Source: Macrostomum lignano (taxonomy: Eukaryota). Taken from it: a stretch of DNA of 33,681 bases. The notes beneath the pieces are model-generated. The model had not been told where the DNA came from. It was given only the letters and a program-made list of their open reading frames with translations, and searched no databases. The DNA lies in the NCBI GenBank assembly GCA_002269645.1, contig NIVC01004841.1, forward strand, positions 1 to 33,681, written 5' to 3'. The position numbers and the translations under genes are program-made. Of this stretch, positions 1 to 13,440 are shown piece after piece; the stretch's first letter is position 1, and every line of letters starts with the position of its first letter.

Positions 1-3000
1 AGGCGATAATCTGAGCCAGGAATCTCCGAGAGCCTCTCGTTACACATACAGATGTTCTGCCTTGATGCTGGACTAGCTCACTTTCTAGGAATCTGTTCTG
101 ATTGCATTCTAACAAACTGAAGCATTCTCGGCACTAAACTTTCTCGGCGGCTCTGAGAGCCAGAGCCTCAAACAGACAGAGAAATCTGTTCGAGTTGTGT
201 CTGTAGGTTAGGTGGACCAGCTACTTCCAAAGCACTTCTAGCGATAATCTGAGCCAGGAATCTCCGAGAGCCTCTCGTTACACATCCAGATGTTCTGCCT
301 TGATGCTGGACTAGCTCACTTTCTAGGAATATGTTCTGATTGCATTCTAACAAACTGAAGCATTCTCGGCACTAAACTTTCTCGGCGGCTCTGAGAGCCA
401 GAGCCTCAAACAGACAGACAAATCTGTTCGAGTTGTGTCTGTAGGTTAGGTGGACCAGCTACTCCAAAGCACTTCTAGGCGATAATCTGAGCCATGAATC
501 TCCGAGAGCCTCTCGTTACACATCCAGATGTTCTGCCTTGATGCTGGACTAGCTCACTTTCTAGGAATCTGTTCTGATTGCATTCTAACAAACTGAAGCA
601 TTCTCGGCACTAAACTTTCTCGGCGGCTCTGAGAGCCAGAGCCTCAAACAGACAGAGAAATCTGTTCGAGTTGTGTCTGTAGGTTAGGTGGACCAGCTAC
701 TCAAGCACTTCTAGGCGATAATGAGCCAGGAATCTCCGAGAGCCTCTCGTTACACATACAGATGTTCTGCCTTGATGCTGGACTAGCTCACTTTCTAGGA
801 ATCTGTTCTGATTGCATTCTAACAAACTGAAGCATTTCGGCACTAACTTTCTCGGCGGCTCTGAGAGCCAGAGCCTCAAACAGACAGAGAAATCTGTTCG
901 AGTTGTGTCTGTAGGTTAGGTGGACCAGCTACTCCAAAGCACTTCTAGGCGATAATCTGAGCCAGGAGTCTCCGAGAGACTTCGTTACACATCCAGATGT
1001 TCTGCCTTGATGCTGGACTAGCTCACTTTCTAGGAATCTGTTCTGATTGCATTCTAACAAACTGAAGCATTCTCGGCACTAAACTTTCTCGGCGGCTCTG
1101 AGAGCCAGAGCCTCAAACAGACAGAAATCTGTTCGAGTTGTGTCTGTAGGTTAGGTGGACCAGCTACTCCAAAGCACTTCTAGGCGATAATCTGAGCCAG
1201 GAATCTCCGAGAGCCTCTCGTTACACATCCAGATGTTCTGCCTTGATGCTGGACTAGCTCACTTTCTAGGAATCTGTTCTGATTGCATTCTAACAAACTG
1301 AAGCATTCTCGCACTAAACTTTCTCGGCGGCTCTGAGAGCCAGAGCCTCAAACAGACAGAGAAATCTGTTCGAGTTGTGTCTGTAGGTTAGGTGGACCAG
1401 CTACTCAAAGCACTTCTAGGCGATAATCTGAGCCAGGAATCTCCGAGAGCCTCTCGTTACACATCCAGATGTTCTGCCTTGATGCTGGACTAGCTCACTT
1501 TCTAGGAATCTGTTCTGATTGCATTCTAACAAACTGAAGCATTCTCGGCACTAAACTTTCTCGGCGGCTCTGAGAGCCAGAGCCTCAAACAGACAGAGAA
1601 ATCTGTTCGAGTTGTGTCTGTAGGTTAGGTGGACCAGCTACTCCAAAGCACTTCTAGGCGATAATCTGAGCCAGGAATCTCGAGAGCCTCTCGTTACACA
1701 TCCATGTTCTACCTTGATGCTGGACTAGCTCACTTTCTAGGAATCTGTTCTGATTGCATTCTAACAAACTGAAGCATTCTCGGCACTAAACTTTCTCGGC
1801 GGCTCTGAGAGCCAGAGCCTCAAACAGACAGACAAATCTGTTCGAGTTGTGTCTGTAGGTTAGGTGGACCAGCTACTCCAAAGCACTTCTAGGCGATAAT
1901 CTGAGCCAGGAATCTCCGAGAGCCTCTCGTTACACATCAGATGTTCTGCCTTGATGCTGGACTAGCTCACTTTCTAGGAATCTGTTCTGATTGCATTCTA
2001 ACAAACTGAAGCATTCTCGGCACTAAACTTTCTCGGCGGCTCTGAGAGCCAGAGCCTCAAACAGACAGAGAAATCTGTTCGAGTTGTGTCTGTAGGTTAG
2101 GTGGACCAGCTACTCCAAAGCACTTCTAGGCGATAATCTGAGCCAGGAATCTCCGAGAGCCTCTCGTTACACATCCAGATGTTCTGCCTTGATGCTGGAC
2201 TAGCTCACTTTCTAGGAATCTGTTCTGATTGCATTCTAACAAACTGAAGCATTCTCGCACTAAACTTTCTCGGCGGCTCTGAGAGCCAGAGCCTCAAACA
2301 GACAGAGAAATCTGTTCGAGTTGTGTCTGTAGGTTAGGTGGACCAGCTATTCTACAGCACTTCTAGGCGATAATCTGAGCCAGGAATCTCCAAGAGCCTC
2401 TCGTTACACATCCATGTTCTACCTTAATGCTGGACTAGCTCACTTTCTAGGAATCTGTTCTGATTGCATTCTAACAAACTGAAGCATTCTCGGCACTAAA
2501 CTTTCTCGGCGGCTCTGAGAGCCAGAGCCTCAAACAGACAGAGAAATCTGTTCGAGTTGTGTCTGTAGGTTAGGTGGACCAGCTACTCCAAAGCACTTCT
2601 AGGCGATAATCTGAGCCAGGAATCTCCGAGAGCCTCTCGTTACACATACAGATGTTCTGCCTTGATGCTGGACTAGCTCACTTTCTAGGAATTGTTCTGA
2701 TTGCATTCTAACAAACTGAAGCATTCTCGGCACTAAACTTTCTCGGCGGCTCTGACATCCAGAGCCTCAAACAGACAGAAATCTGTTCGAGTTGTGTCTG
2801 TAGGTTAGGTGGACCAGCTACTCCAAAGCACTTCTAGGCGATAATCTAAGCATGAATCTCCGAGAGCCTCTCGTTACACATCCAGATGTTTGCCTTGATG
2901 CTGGACTAGCTCACTTTCTAGGAATCTGTTCTGATTGCATTCTAACAAACTGAAGCATTCTCGGCACTAAACTTTCTCGGCGGCTCTGAGAGCCAGAGCC

Positions 3001-6000
3001 TCAAACAGACAGAAATCTGTTCGAGTTGTGTCTGTAGGTTAGGTGGACCAGCTACTCCAAAGCACTTCTAGGCGATAATCTGAGCCAGGAATCTCCGAGA
3101 GCCTCTCGTTACACATCCATGTTCTACCTTGATGCTGGACTAGCTCACTTTCTAGGAATCTGTTCTGATTGCATTCTAACAAACTGAAGCATTCTCGGCA
3201 CTAAACTTTCTCGGCGGCTCTGAGAGCCAGAGCCTCAAACAGACAGAGAAATCTGTTCGAGTTGTGTCTGTAGGTTAGGTGGACCAGCTATTCTACAGCA
3301 CTTCTAGGCGATAATCTGAGCCAGGAATCTCCAAGAGCCTCTCGTTACACATCCATGTTCTACCTTAATGCTGGACTAGCTCACTTTCTAGGAATCTGTT
3401 CTGATTGCATTCTAACAAACTGAAGCATTCTCGGCACTAAACTTTCTCGGCGGCTCTGAGAGCCAGAGCCTCAAACAGACAGAGAAATCTGTTCGAGTTG
3501 TGTCTGTAGGTTAGGTGGACCAGCTACTCCAAAGCACTTCTAGGCGATAATCTGAGCCAGGAATCTCCGAGAGCCTCTCGTTACACATCCAGATGTTCTG
3601 CCTTGATGCTGGACTAGCTCACTTTCTAGGAATCTGTTCTGATTGCATTCTAACAAACTGAAGCATTCTCGGCACTAAACTTTCTCGGCGGCTCTGAGAT
3701 CCAGAGCCTCAAACAGACAGAAATCTGTTCGAGTTGTGTCTGTAGGTTAGGTGGACCAGCTACTCCAAAGCACTTCTAGGCGATAATCTGAGCCAGGAAT
3801 CTCCGAGAGCCTCTCGTTACACATCCATGTTCTACCTTGATGCTGGACTAGCTCACTTTCTAGGAATCTGTTCTGATTGCATTCTAACAAACTGAAGCAT
3901 TCTCGGCACTAAACTTTCTCGGCGGCTCTGAGAGCCAGAGCCTCAAACAGACAGAGAAATCTGTTCGAGTTGTGTCTGTAGGTTAGGTGGACCAGCTATT
4001 CTACAGCACTTCTAGGCGATAATCTGAGCCAGGAATCTCCAAGAGCCTCTCGTTACACATCCATGTTCTACCTTAATGCTGGACTAGCTCACTTTCTAGG
4101 AATCTGTTCTGATTGCATTCTAACAAACTGAAGCATTCTCGGCACTAAACTTTCTCGGCGGCTCTGAGAGCCAGAGCCTCAAACAGACAGAGAAATTGTT
4201 CGAGTTGTGTCTGTAGGTTAGGTGGACCAGCTACTCCAAAGCACTTCTAGGCGATAATCTAGCCAGGAATCTCCGAGAGCCTCTCGTTACACATCCAGAT
4301 GTTCTGCCTTGATGCTGGACTAGCTCACTTTCTAGGAATCTGTTCTGACTGCATTCTAACAAACTGAAGCATTCTCGGCACTAAACTTTCTCGGCGGCTC
4401 TGAGAGCCAGAGCCTCAAACAGACAGAGAAATCTGTTCGAGTTGTGTCTGTAGGTTAGGTGGACCAGCTACTCCAAAGCACTTCTAGGCGATAATCTGAG
4501 CCAGGAATCTCCGAGAGCCTCTCGTTACACATCCAGATGTTCTGCCTTGATGCTGGACTAGCTCACTTTCTAGGAATCTGTTCTGATTGCATTCTAACAA
4601 ACTGAAGCATTCTCGGCACTAAACTTTCTCGGCGGCTCTGAGATCCAGAGCCTCAAACAGACAGAAATCTGTTCGAGTTGTGTCTGTAGGTTAGGTGGAC
4701 CAGCTACTCCAAAGCACTTCTAGGCGATAATCTGAGCCAGGAATCTCCGAGAGCCTCTCGTTACACATCCAGATGTTCTGCCTTGATGCTGGACTAGCTC
4801 ACTTTCTAGGAATATGTTCTGATTGCATTCTAACAAACTGAAGCATTCTCGGCACTAAACTTTCTCGGCGGCCTGAGAGCCAGAGCCTCAAACAGACAGA
4901 GAAATCTGTTCGAGTTGTGTCTGTAGGTTAGGTGGACCAGCTACTCCAAAGCACTTCTAGGCGATAATCTGAGCCAGGAATCTCCGAGAGCCTCTCGTTA
5001 CACATCCATGTTCTACCTTGATGCTGGACTAGCTCACTTTCTAGGAATCTGTTCTGATTGCATTCTAACAAACTGAAGCATTCTCGGCACTAAACTTTCT
5101 CGGCGGCTCTGAGAGCCAGAGCCTCAAACAGACAGACAAATCTGTTCGAGTTGTGTCTGTAGGTTAGGTGGACCAGCTACTCCAAAGCACTTCTAGGCGA
5201 TAATCTGAGCCAGGAATCTCCGAGAGCCTCTCGTTACACATCCATGTTCTACCTTGATGCTGGACTAGCTCACTTTCTAGGAAAATGTTCTGATTGCATT
5301 CTAACAAACTGAAGCATTCTCGGCACTAAACTTTCTCGGCGGCTCTGAGAGCCAGAGCCTCAAACAGACAGAAATCTGTTCGAGTTGTGTCTGTAGGTTA
5401 GGTGGACCAGCTACTCCAAAGCACTTCTAGGCGATAATCTGAGCCAGGAATCTCCGAGAGCCTCTCGTTACACATACAGATGTTCTGCCTTGATGCTGGA
5501 CTAGCTCACTTTCTAGGAATCTGTTCTGATTGCATTCTAACAAACTGAAGCATTCTCGGCACTAAACTTTCTCGGCGGCTCTGAGAGCCAGAGCCTCAAA
5601 CAGACAGACAAATCTGTTCGAGTTGTGTCTGTAGGTTAGGTGGACCAGCTACTCCAAAGCACTTCTAGGCGATAATCTGAGCCAGGAATCTCCAAGAGCC
5701 TCTCGTTACACATCCATGTTCTACCTTGATGCTGGACTAGCTCACTTTCTAGGAATCTGTTCTGATTGCATTCTAACAAACTGAAGCATTCTCGGCACTA
5801 AACTTTCTCGGCGGCTCTGAGAGCCAGAGCCTCAAACAGACAGAGAAATCTGTTCGAGTTGTGTCTGTAGGTTAGGTGGACCAGCTACTCCAAAGCACTT
5901 CTAGGCGATAATCTGAGCCAGGAATCTCCGAGAGCCTCTCGTTACACATCCAGATGTTCTGCCTTGATGCTGGACTAGCTCACTTTCTAGGAATATGTTC

Positions 6001-7797
6001 TGATTGCATTCTAACAAACTGAAGCATTCTCGGCACTAAACTTTCTCGGCGGCTCTGAGAGCCAGAGCCTCAAACAGACAGACAAATCTGTTCGAGTTGT
6101 GTCTGTAGGTTAGGTGGACCAGCTACTCCAAAGCACTTCTAGGCGATAATCTAAGCCATGAATCTCCGAGAGCCTCTCGTTACACATCCAGATGTTCTGC
6201 CTTGATGCTGGACTAGCTCACTTTCTAGGAATCTGTTCTGATTGCATTCTAACAAACTGAAGCATTCTCGGCACTAAACTTTCTCGGCGGCTCTGAGAGC
6301 CAGAGCCTCAAACAGACAGAGAAATCTGTTCGAGTTGTGTCTGTAGGTTAGGTGGACCAGCTATTCTACAGCACTTCTAGGCGATAATCTGAGCCAGGAA
6401 TCTCCAAGAGCCTCTCGTTACACATCCATGTTCTACCTTAATGCTGGACTAGCTCACTTTCTAGGAATCTGTTCTGATTGCATTCTAACAAACTGAAGCA
6501 TTCTCGGCACTAAACTTTCTCGGCGGCTCTGAGAGCCAGAGCCTCAAACAGACAGAGAAATCTGTTCGAGTTGTGTCTGTAGGTTAGGTGGACCAGCTAC
6601 TCCAAAGCACTTCTAGGCGATAATCTGAGCCAGGAATCTCCGAGAGCCTCTCGTTACACATCCAGATGTTCTGCCTTGATGCTGGACTAGCTCACTTTCT
6701 AGGAATCTGTTCTGATTGCATTCTAACAAACTGAAGCATTCTCGGCACTAAACTTTCTCGGCGGCTCTGAGAGCCAGAGCCTCAAACAGACAGAGAAATC
6801 TGTTCGAGTTGTGTCTGTAGGTTAGGTGGACCAGCTACTCCAAAGCACTTCTAGGCGATAATCTGAGCCAGGAATCTCCGAGAGCCTCTCGTTACACATC
6901 CATGTTCTACCTTGATGCTGGACTAGCTCACTTTCTAGGAATCTGTTCTGATTGCATTCTAACAAACTGAAGCATTCTCGGCACTAAACTTTCTCGGCGG
7001 CTCTGAGAGCCAGAGCCTCAAACAGACAGAGAAATCTGTTCGAGTTGTGTCTGTAGGTTAGGTGGACCAGCTACTCCAAAGCACTTCTAGGCGATAATCT
7101 GAGCCAGGAATCTCCGAGAGCCTCTCGTTACACATACAGATGTTCTGCCTTGATGCTGGACTAGCTCACTTTCTAGGAATCTGTTCTGATTGCATTCTAA
7201 CAAACTGAAGCATTCTCGGCACTAAACTTTCTCGGCGGCTCTGAGATCCAGAGCCTCAAACAGACAGAGAAATCTGTTCGAGTTGTGTCTGTAGGTTAGG
7301 TGGACCAGCTACTCCAAAGCACTTCTAGGCGATAATCTGAGCCAGGAATCTCCGAGAGCCTCTCGTTACACATACAGATGTTCTGCCTTGATGCTGGACT
7401 AGCTCACTTTCTAGGAATCTGTTCTGATTGCATTCTAACAAACTGAAGCATTCTCGGCACTAAACTTTCTCGGCGGCTCTGAGATCCAGAGCCTCAAACA
7501 GACAGAAATCTGTTCGAGTTGTGTCTGTAGGTTAGGTGGACCAGATACTCCACAGCACTTCTAGGCGATAATCTGAGCCAGGAGTCTCCGAGAGACTTTC
7601 GTTACACATCCAGATGTTCTGCCTTGATGCTGGACTAGCTCACTTTCTAGGAATCTGTTCTGATTGCATTCTAACAAACTGAAGCATTCTCGGCACTAAA
7701 CTTTCTCGGCGGCTCTGAGAGCCAGAGCCTTAAACAGACTGAGAGAGCTGATTCAGTTGTGTCTGTAGGTTAGGTGGACCAGCTTCTCTACAGCAAT
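1..7797. repeat. Tandem satellite array, 238-bp consensus monomer, about 33 copies (open at the window's left edge)
   Basis: Monomer AGGCGATAATCTGAGCCAGG...CCAAAGCACTTCT restarts at 1, 240, 477, 713 ... 7563. Copies are near-identical, with recurrent variants and scattered 1-bp indels; the last copy is the most diverged. Confidence 0.98.
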
Positions 7798-9541
7798 TGA
7801 GTTGCAGGCCTTGCAGCTAGCTACTTTGAGATCATCAAACGAAACTCACTTTTCTGGACTCGGTGTCGACGGATTTGCGAGCAGACTGATGATTTTCACC
7901 AGGCGATGCGGCTTCTTCGATTTCGCAGTGGCTTTTTGCGACGGTGTTTTTTTAGTTTTTATTTTAGGCTTGGCGTCCTTTTTTGCGGGTCATCATATTT
8001 TGGTTGTAGATTACAGTTTTTGGCACAATAAATTTATATATGGATGAAACTTGGAGTAAGGATTAACATTAGACCTATTAAGTATAAAAAAACCGTTCTA
8101 ATCTATACAATTGCAATCCTTTAGAGTTGTATAGTATGGATTATAAGTACTTTCTTTTAAACTGTCTGTGTCTGGTCTCACTACGCCATGGTTTACGTGG
8201 ACCACCCGCTTAGACATTATATATCCCTCTCTCCACTGTCTTACCTTCAGAACGCTTGCGGGTTTCCTATTGGCTGCGGTCGGTCCCATTGTTGGGGTGG
8301 ATCTATCCTCCTAAGTGTTAACCAGCCAATTATAGAAAGGGAGGTCTGTCTGTCTGTCTGTTCCAACCCTATACTCCTGCACATGTGTTTACGTGGACCA
8401 AACAGACAGTGAGTGTTAGGCTGACTGTTAATGCGTTCTTAGTTTTACTGGGACCGCAATCAAGTCGACCTTTTGCTAGAGAGTCAGAGACCCGATCGCT
8501 AGTTAAAAGGCCCTTCTTAATTGCGTCCTCTTGATCAAATCTTTTGCATGTACATGTATGAATTGTCCTTTTCAATTAGGTAAATTGCATCTTCAACTTT
8601 GCACTTGAAAGGCTGCAGCTTAGGATCTTCTTCTTCCAAAATTGGAGGAGGATAGAACAGGATATCCCATAGTGTTTAGGATAGAATTGGCAAGCACTTA
8701 ATTCATGAAGTTGCTATTTTCTTCTTGTGTAATGGTAGAGCCTCAGAAATTCGCATTTACACAGTGTGGCTATCAAGGACCACTGGGAGTTCTTGTGAAG
8801 TCATTGAAGAATACTATTTAAGCTTCACTTAAATATCTTTCTTGTCTCGGAGTCTTTATCGTTTGATCTGGTTCGCGAATTGGATTTCTTTACGTTGGTG
8901 TCTTACTCTGTGAGTCTGTGCTCAGAGTACGATACCGGAATTGCTGGAACTGAGCTAATTAAATGGAGTTTAAAGTTTACTGTATCAAATTCATTTCGCA
9001 TACGAGGTTTCAGAATTTTTAATTAACCTGCGTACCTACTTGAATGTCAAAGAACTGAACGCATATTGTTTTAAAGCCAGTAGCGGTCATAATATGATGC
9101 CAACATACCCCTTTGTTCGTAAGGTAATGATCTGTAAAAAATTCAGTTTTGCATTGAATCTATGCTTAATAACTGCTATACACAAACAGACACAAACAGA
9201 CACAAACAGACACAAACAGACACAAACAGACGATTTTCGAAAAATTTTCTAAAATTTTTCGGTTTACGTGGACCAGACTCGCTCGGTTTAGGTAGACCAG
9301 GCTGGAGGTCCAGCTAAACTGAAATGCGAATAACTTTGGAAAAAACCATGCTAGACATCCCAAAATTGCTTAAGCCTTTCTTGACCCGCCTGACATTAAT
9401 GTGAGATCCTCATCAACGTCTTAACCCCACCAGAGACAAAATTATTTGGTGGTCCACCTAAGTGGTCTACCTACACCGGTTGGTCCAGCTAACGAGGCTA
9501 CTGAACTTCCAAAAAGTCCACGTAAACACACAGACAGTAGA

Positions 9542-9836
<295 letters not shown>

Positions 9837-10345
9837 AATCGTACCATCAAACATTGGCTTTCTTCTTTGACATCCCCTTACTCTACCCGCAGCCTTAGCC
9901 CGAACCTGAACGCGGATAAAATAGTGGATAAAAGTCCGCCTCACCATCAGGCTGGATTCGGTCTTTCTCTTAGCAACACCCGGCTGTCCCGTGTTAATTT
10001 TGTCCATCGCCTTCTGTACTGATGAAGTCTGGAAGAAACTCTGTAGACGCTGGACCAGAGAAAGCTGATTAGTGAGACAGCCGCCGCCGCTGCTACTGCC
10101 GGGGATTTGTCAGGCTTGATGGCAATTTCTGCCGGATCAGAGCAGACTGAGCCAAGTGTAGCGCCGAAAAAAGAATTTTTGCCGGTACTTATCCCTGCCC
10201 CCACCCCTGATCTGGCTGCAGAGCCCCGTCGTGCGTTTCTAAATTTTGCCTTCCTTCCTCAGGGGCTTCGCTGCCGCTGCGGCATCGGCGTGGGGAGCCG
10301 ATTGGCAGAGGCGAGAGGGAGACTGCCATTGGCTGGCGATGCTGG

Positions 10346-10729
<384 letters not shown>

Positions 10730-11160
10730 TTCACTCACAATCATCTATTTATGTACAATTTTGCGGCACGCATTGAGCAGCGGTTGAGTAGCCGCAAAAT
10801 GTGTTGATTTGGGCAGCCAAACAGCAATTACTTGCAGCTCATTTGTACAACACTCAACAGTGAGATCAGCTGCAATGCTTAGTTCCGAGCCAGAAGGCAA
10901 TATTTCCCCACTCGGTTCCCCAGCTAAATGCTCCGCATCTGCACCGTGACCTGGGCACGGGCCTGGCTTGCTCCCCTCTTCATAAAATATTCACGATATT
11001 TTTCGTAAAATTGATTACCTTCTGCGGAGGCGGACTCGAGGTTCGGTGCTCCAGGAGCGGAGTGAGGTGAGCAGACTGGATACAGCTGATGTATGTTTGA
11101 TCGACAGATCTGCTACCGATAAATATTGCATTGAATCCCTGAAAACGCATCTGGTGTACA

Positions 11161-11218
11161 TGCATTTAGATCTATAGACACACACTGGATGCATTTAGAT
11201 ATATAGACACACATTGAA
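11161..11218 (+). repeat. 29-bp direct duplication
   Basis: TGCATTTAGATCTATAGACACACACTGGA is followed immediately by TGCATTTAGATATATAGACACACATTGAA. Confidence 0.85.
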
Positions 11219-11257
11219 CCAACACACAATCTGCTTGGGATCTGTTCAAATTTTGAT

Positions 11258-11783
11258 TGGAATCTTCGCACAATCAGCTTGGAATCTACGCACAATCTGC
11301 TTGGAATCTACGCACAATCTGCTTGGAATCTACGCAGAATCTGCTTCGAATCTACCCACAATCTGCTTGGAATCTACGCACAATCTGCTTGGAATCTACG
11401 CACAATCAGCTTGGAATCTACGCAGAATCTGCTTGGAATCTACCCACAATCTGCTTGGAATCTACGCACAATCTGCTTGGAATCTACGCAGAATCTGCTT
11501 CGAATCTACCCACAATCTGCTTGGAATCTACGCACAATCTGCTTGGAATCTACGCAGAATCTGCTTCGAATCTACCCACAATCTGCTTGGAATCTACGCA
11601 CAATCTGCTTCGAATCTACCCACAATCTGCTTCGAATCTACCCACAATCTGCTTGGAATCTACGCACAATCTGCTTCGAATCTACGCAGAATCTGCTTGG
11701 AATCTACGCACAATCTGCTTGGAATCTACGCACAATCTGCTTGGAATCTACGCAGAATCTGCTTCGAATCTACCCACAATCTG
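11258..11783 (+). repeat. 22-bp minisatellite (AATCTGCTTGGAATCTACGCAC)n, about 24 copies
   Basis: The unit is two 11-nt halves, each starting AATCT. Variants are TTGG/TTCG and ACGCAC/ACCCAC/ACGCAG. Confidence 0.97.
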
Positions 11784-13348
11784 TTACGCTCTTATGCTGC
11801 CGAGAACTTCGATTTCGCCTGGAATTCGCACATGTAAGAGATCAGCTACTGAAAGTAGAAATACGAGAGTTTGACTGTAGAAATCTCTCAATAGCCGTAA
11901 CAATACCGCCAAAAGAAACATGCGCTAGACGAGAAGCCGAGCGAGTGTGTTAATTACTAACTGACGAGGACAGAATGAGGCAAAGATTCAACATAGGGTT
12001 CGATTCAACTTCTCATCTATCTATCCGAACTTTGATTAAAAAGTTTAAATTAAAAAGTTGACCACTTGAAATGAAATCGGCAGATTGCAGTCAGGCGGCT
12101 GAATTCCCTGTCCGAAGGGGTACATTGTCCGTGGGGAAGATTGTCACCAAGGGAAACTGCAGGTCTCGCATGTCGGTCGCAGTAAGTGTAGTCAATTAGC
12201 CGTGAGGGGACGACGCCGTGGGTGGTTGACTGGTTGGCGAAGTTCGGGTGGATAAAAAATGAGTTAAAAATTAAAAAACTTATTGGTACGTATAAGACAA
12301 CGTCCACTAATGAGTAGCAAGGACAGAATTTGAAGCGAATCTTTTACAGCGTGCACAAAAAGGTTGAACAGAGCTAGCTTCGAACCCGCGTGTCAAGTTA
12401 ACAACGATAAAGAACTCTCAGCAGTCGGTCCTGAGCTATTGCAAGTTCGAATCTCACTTTTGAACACGGCTCGTAGAAGCTCACAGTCAGGACCGCTGTA
12501 CACCCTTGGTTTGTGAGCGTTTCGGCAATTTGAAACGCCAGCAATTTGTTGTGCAAGCCATTATTTTTTGTGAGCGCTTCAATTTTAACTTTGCATTGAA
12601 TTGTGCTCAGCCTCTCCTGAGTATCATGAGGCTCTTCTAACTCGTGTCTATGAGAATGTCCCGCAGGAAGTTTTCCCGCAGCGAGGTTTTCCCGCAGGGT
12701 TTTCCAGTCGGAATTTCACGTCAAATCCAATCGGATTTGAAATCTAATCTAGTCTAGTTTATGTCTAGTTCTCAAGAAGGGCGAGTTCGAATCTCCATTT
12801 TAGACACGTGTGTAGGAGCTCAGGCTATCCACCAACTCCCGGCTTCTGTCTCATCCATATCGGAAGGCAGTGCGAGCGATGCAGTTTTGATTGCCCGTCA
12901 ATCTCGACACTGGCTGTCAGAACATTCGAAAGCTCCACTTCCAGTCTCGCCAAAAAATGGTTTCGCTGACTCATCCGATTTAATGCCCCTAGATAGTCAC
13001 GCATATGTGAGTCCGCGATCGCTAATTATCTTGACATTCTAAATGATCCAGCCCCAGTTGATATGCCTTGGCCTGGCCAAGTCTCAAATGGCTTCCGGTT
13101 TCCATTAGCATCCTAAAATGCCGGCAGTGAAAGCGCGCTGTGTAGTCACTTTTAGATGAACAATTATCTTTATTTTTGCCATAATTCCAATTTTTTGCTA
13201 TCACAGACGCTCAGCAGAGCCGCTGGCGTGGCCTTTTAAAAAGGCGAAATCGCCTTGCCGCTCAAACTCAGCTTGAAGTTGACTTTAAAGCGCAGTTGAC
13301 AGTTTTGCTTCAAAAAAGTGGACAGACCGAATCTTGCTTGAAAGCAAA

Positions 13349-13402
13349 ATGAAAGAGATTAGTTTGATTACCATTGGCCTCTGCATCTTGGCAGTGCTGC
13401 AG
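13349..13402 (+). CDS. Secreted Cys-rich protein, exon 1 (signal peptide MKEISLITIGLCILAVLQ)
   Basis: ATG in A-rich context, hydrophobic core, and a phase-0 donor CAG|GTGAGG (a second in-frame donor GTGAGT lies at 13409). It joins in frame to exon 2. Confidence 0.75.
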
Positions 13403-13440
13403 GTGAGGGTGAGTCAGTTAACTGCTAGCAGCTGGAACCA

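Noticed and set aside
168-879. Short minus-strand ORFs within the satellite
   Set aside because: The monomer length of 238 is not a multiple of 3, stops recur in every frame, and the longer ORFs arise only from single-base indels.
1-7797. CRISPR-like array or tandem RNA gene (5S, snRNA, SL RNA)
   Set aside because: There are no unique spacers, the context is eukaryotic, and I could not recognise 5S, U-snRNA, Sm-site or tRNA motifs in the monomer.
8246-8700. Minus-strand coding-like fragments (EDRSTPTMGPTAANRKPASVLK with donor GTAAGA; YPPPILEEEDPK...; FDQEDAIKKGLL)
   Set aside because: They are short, broken by stops or frameshifts, AT-rich unlike the real genes here, and cannot be joined into a consistent model.
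11214-11953. Three ORFs of about 200 aa (ESTHNLLGIYAQSAWNLR repeats)
   Set aside because: They are products of the stop-free 22-bp repeat cycling through all frames.
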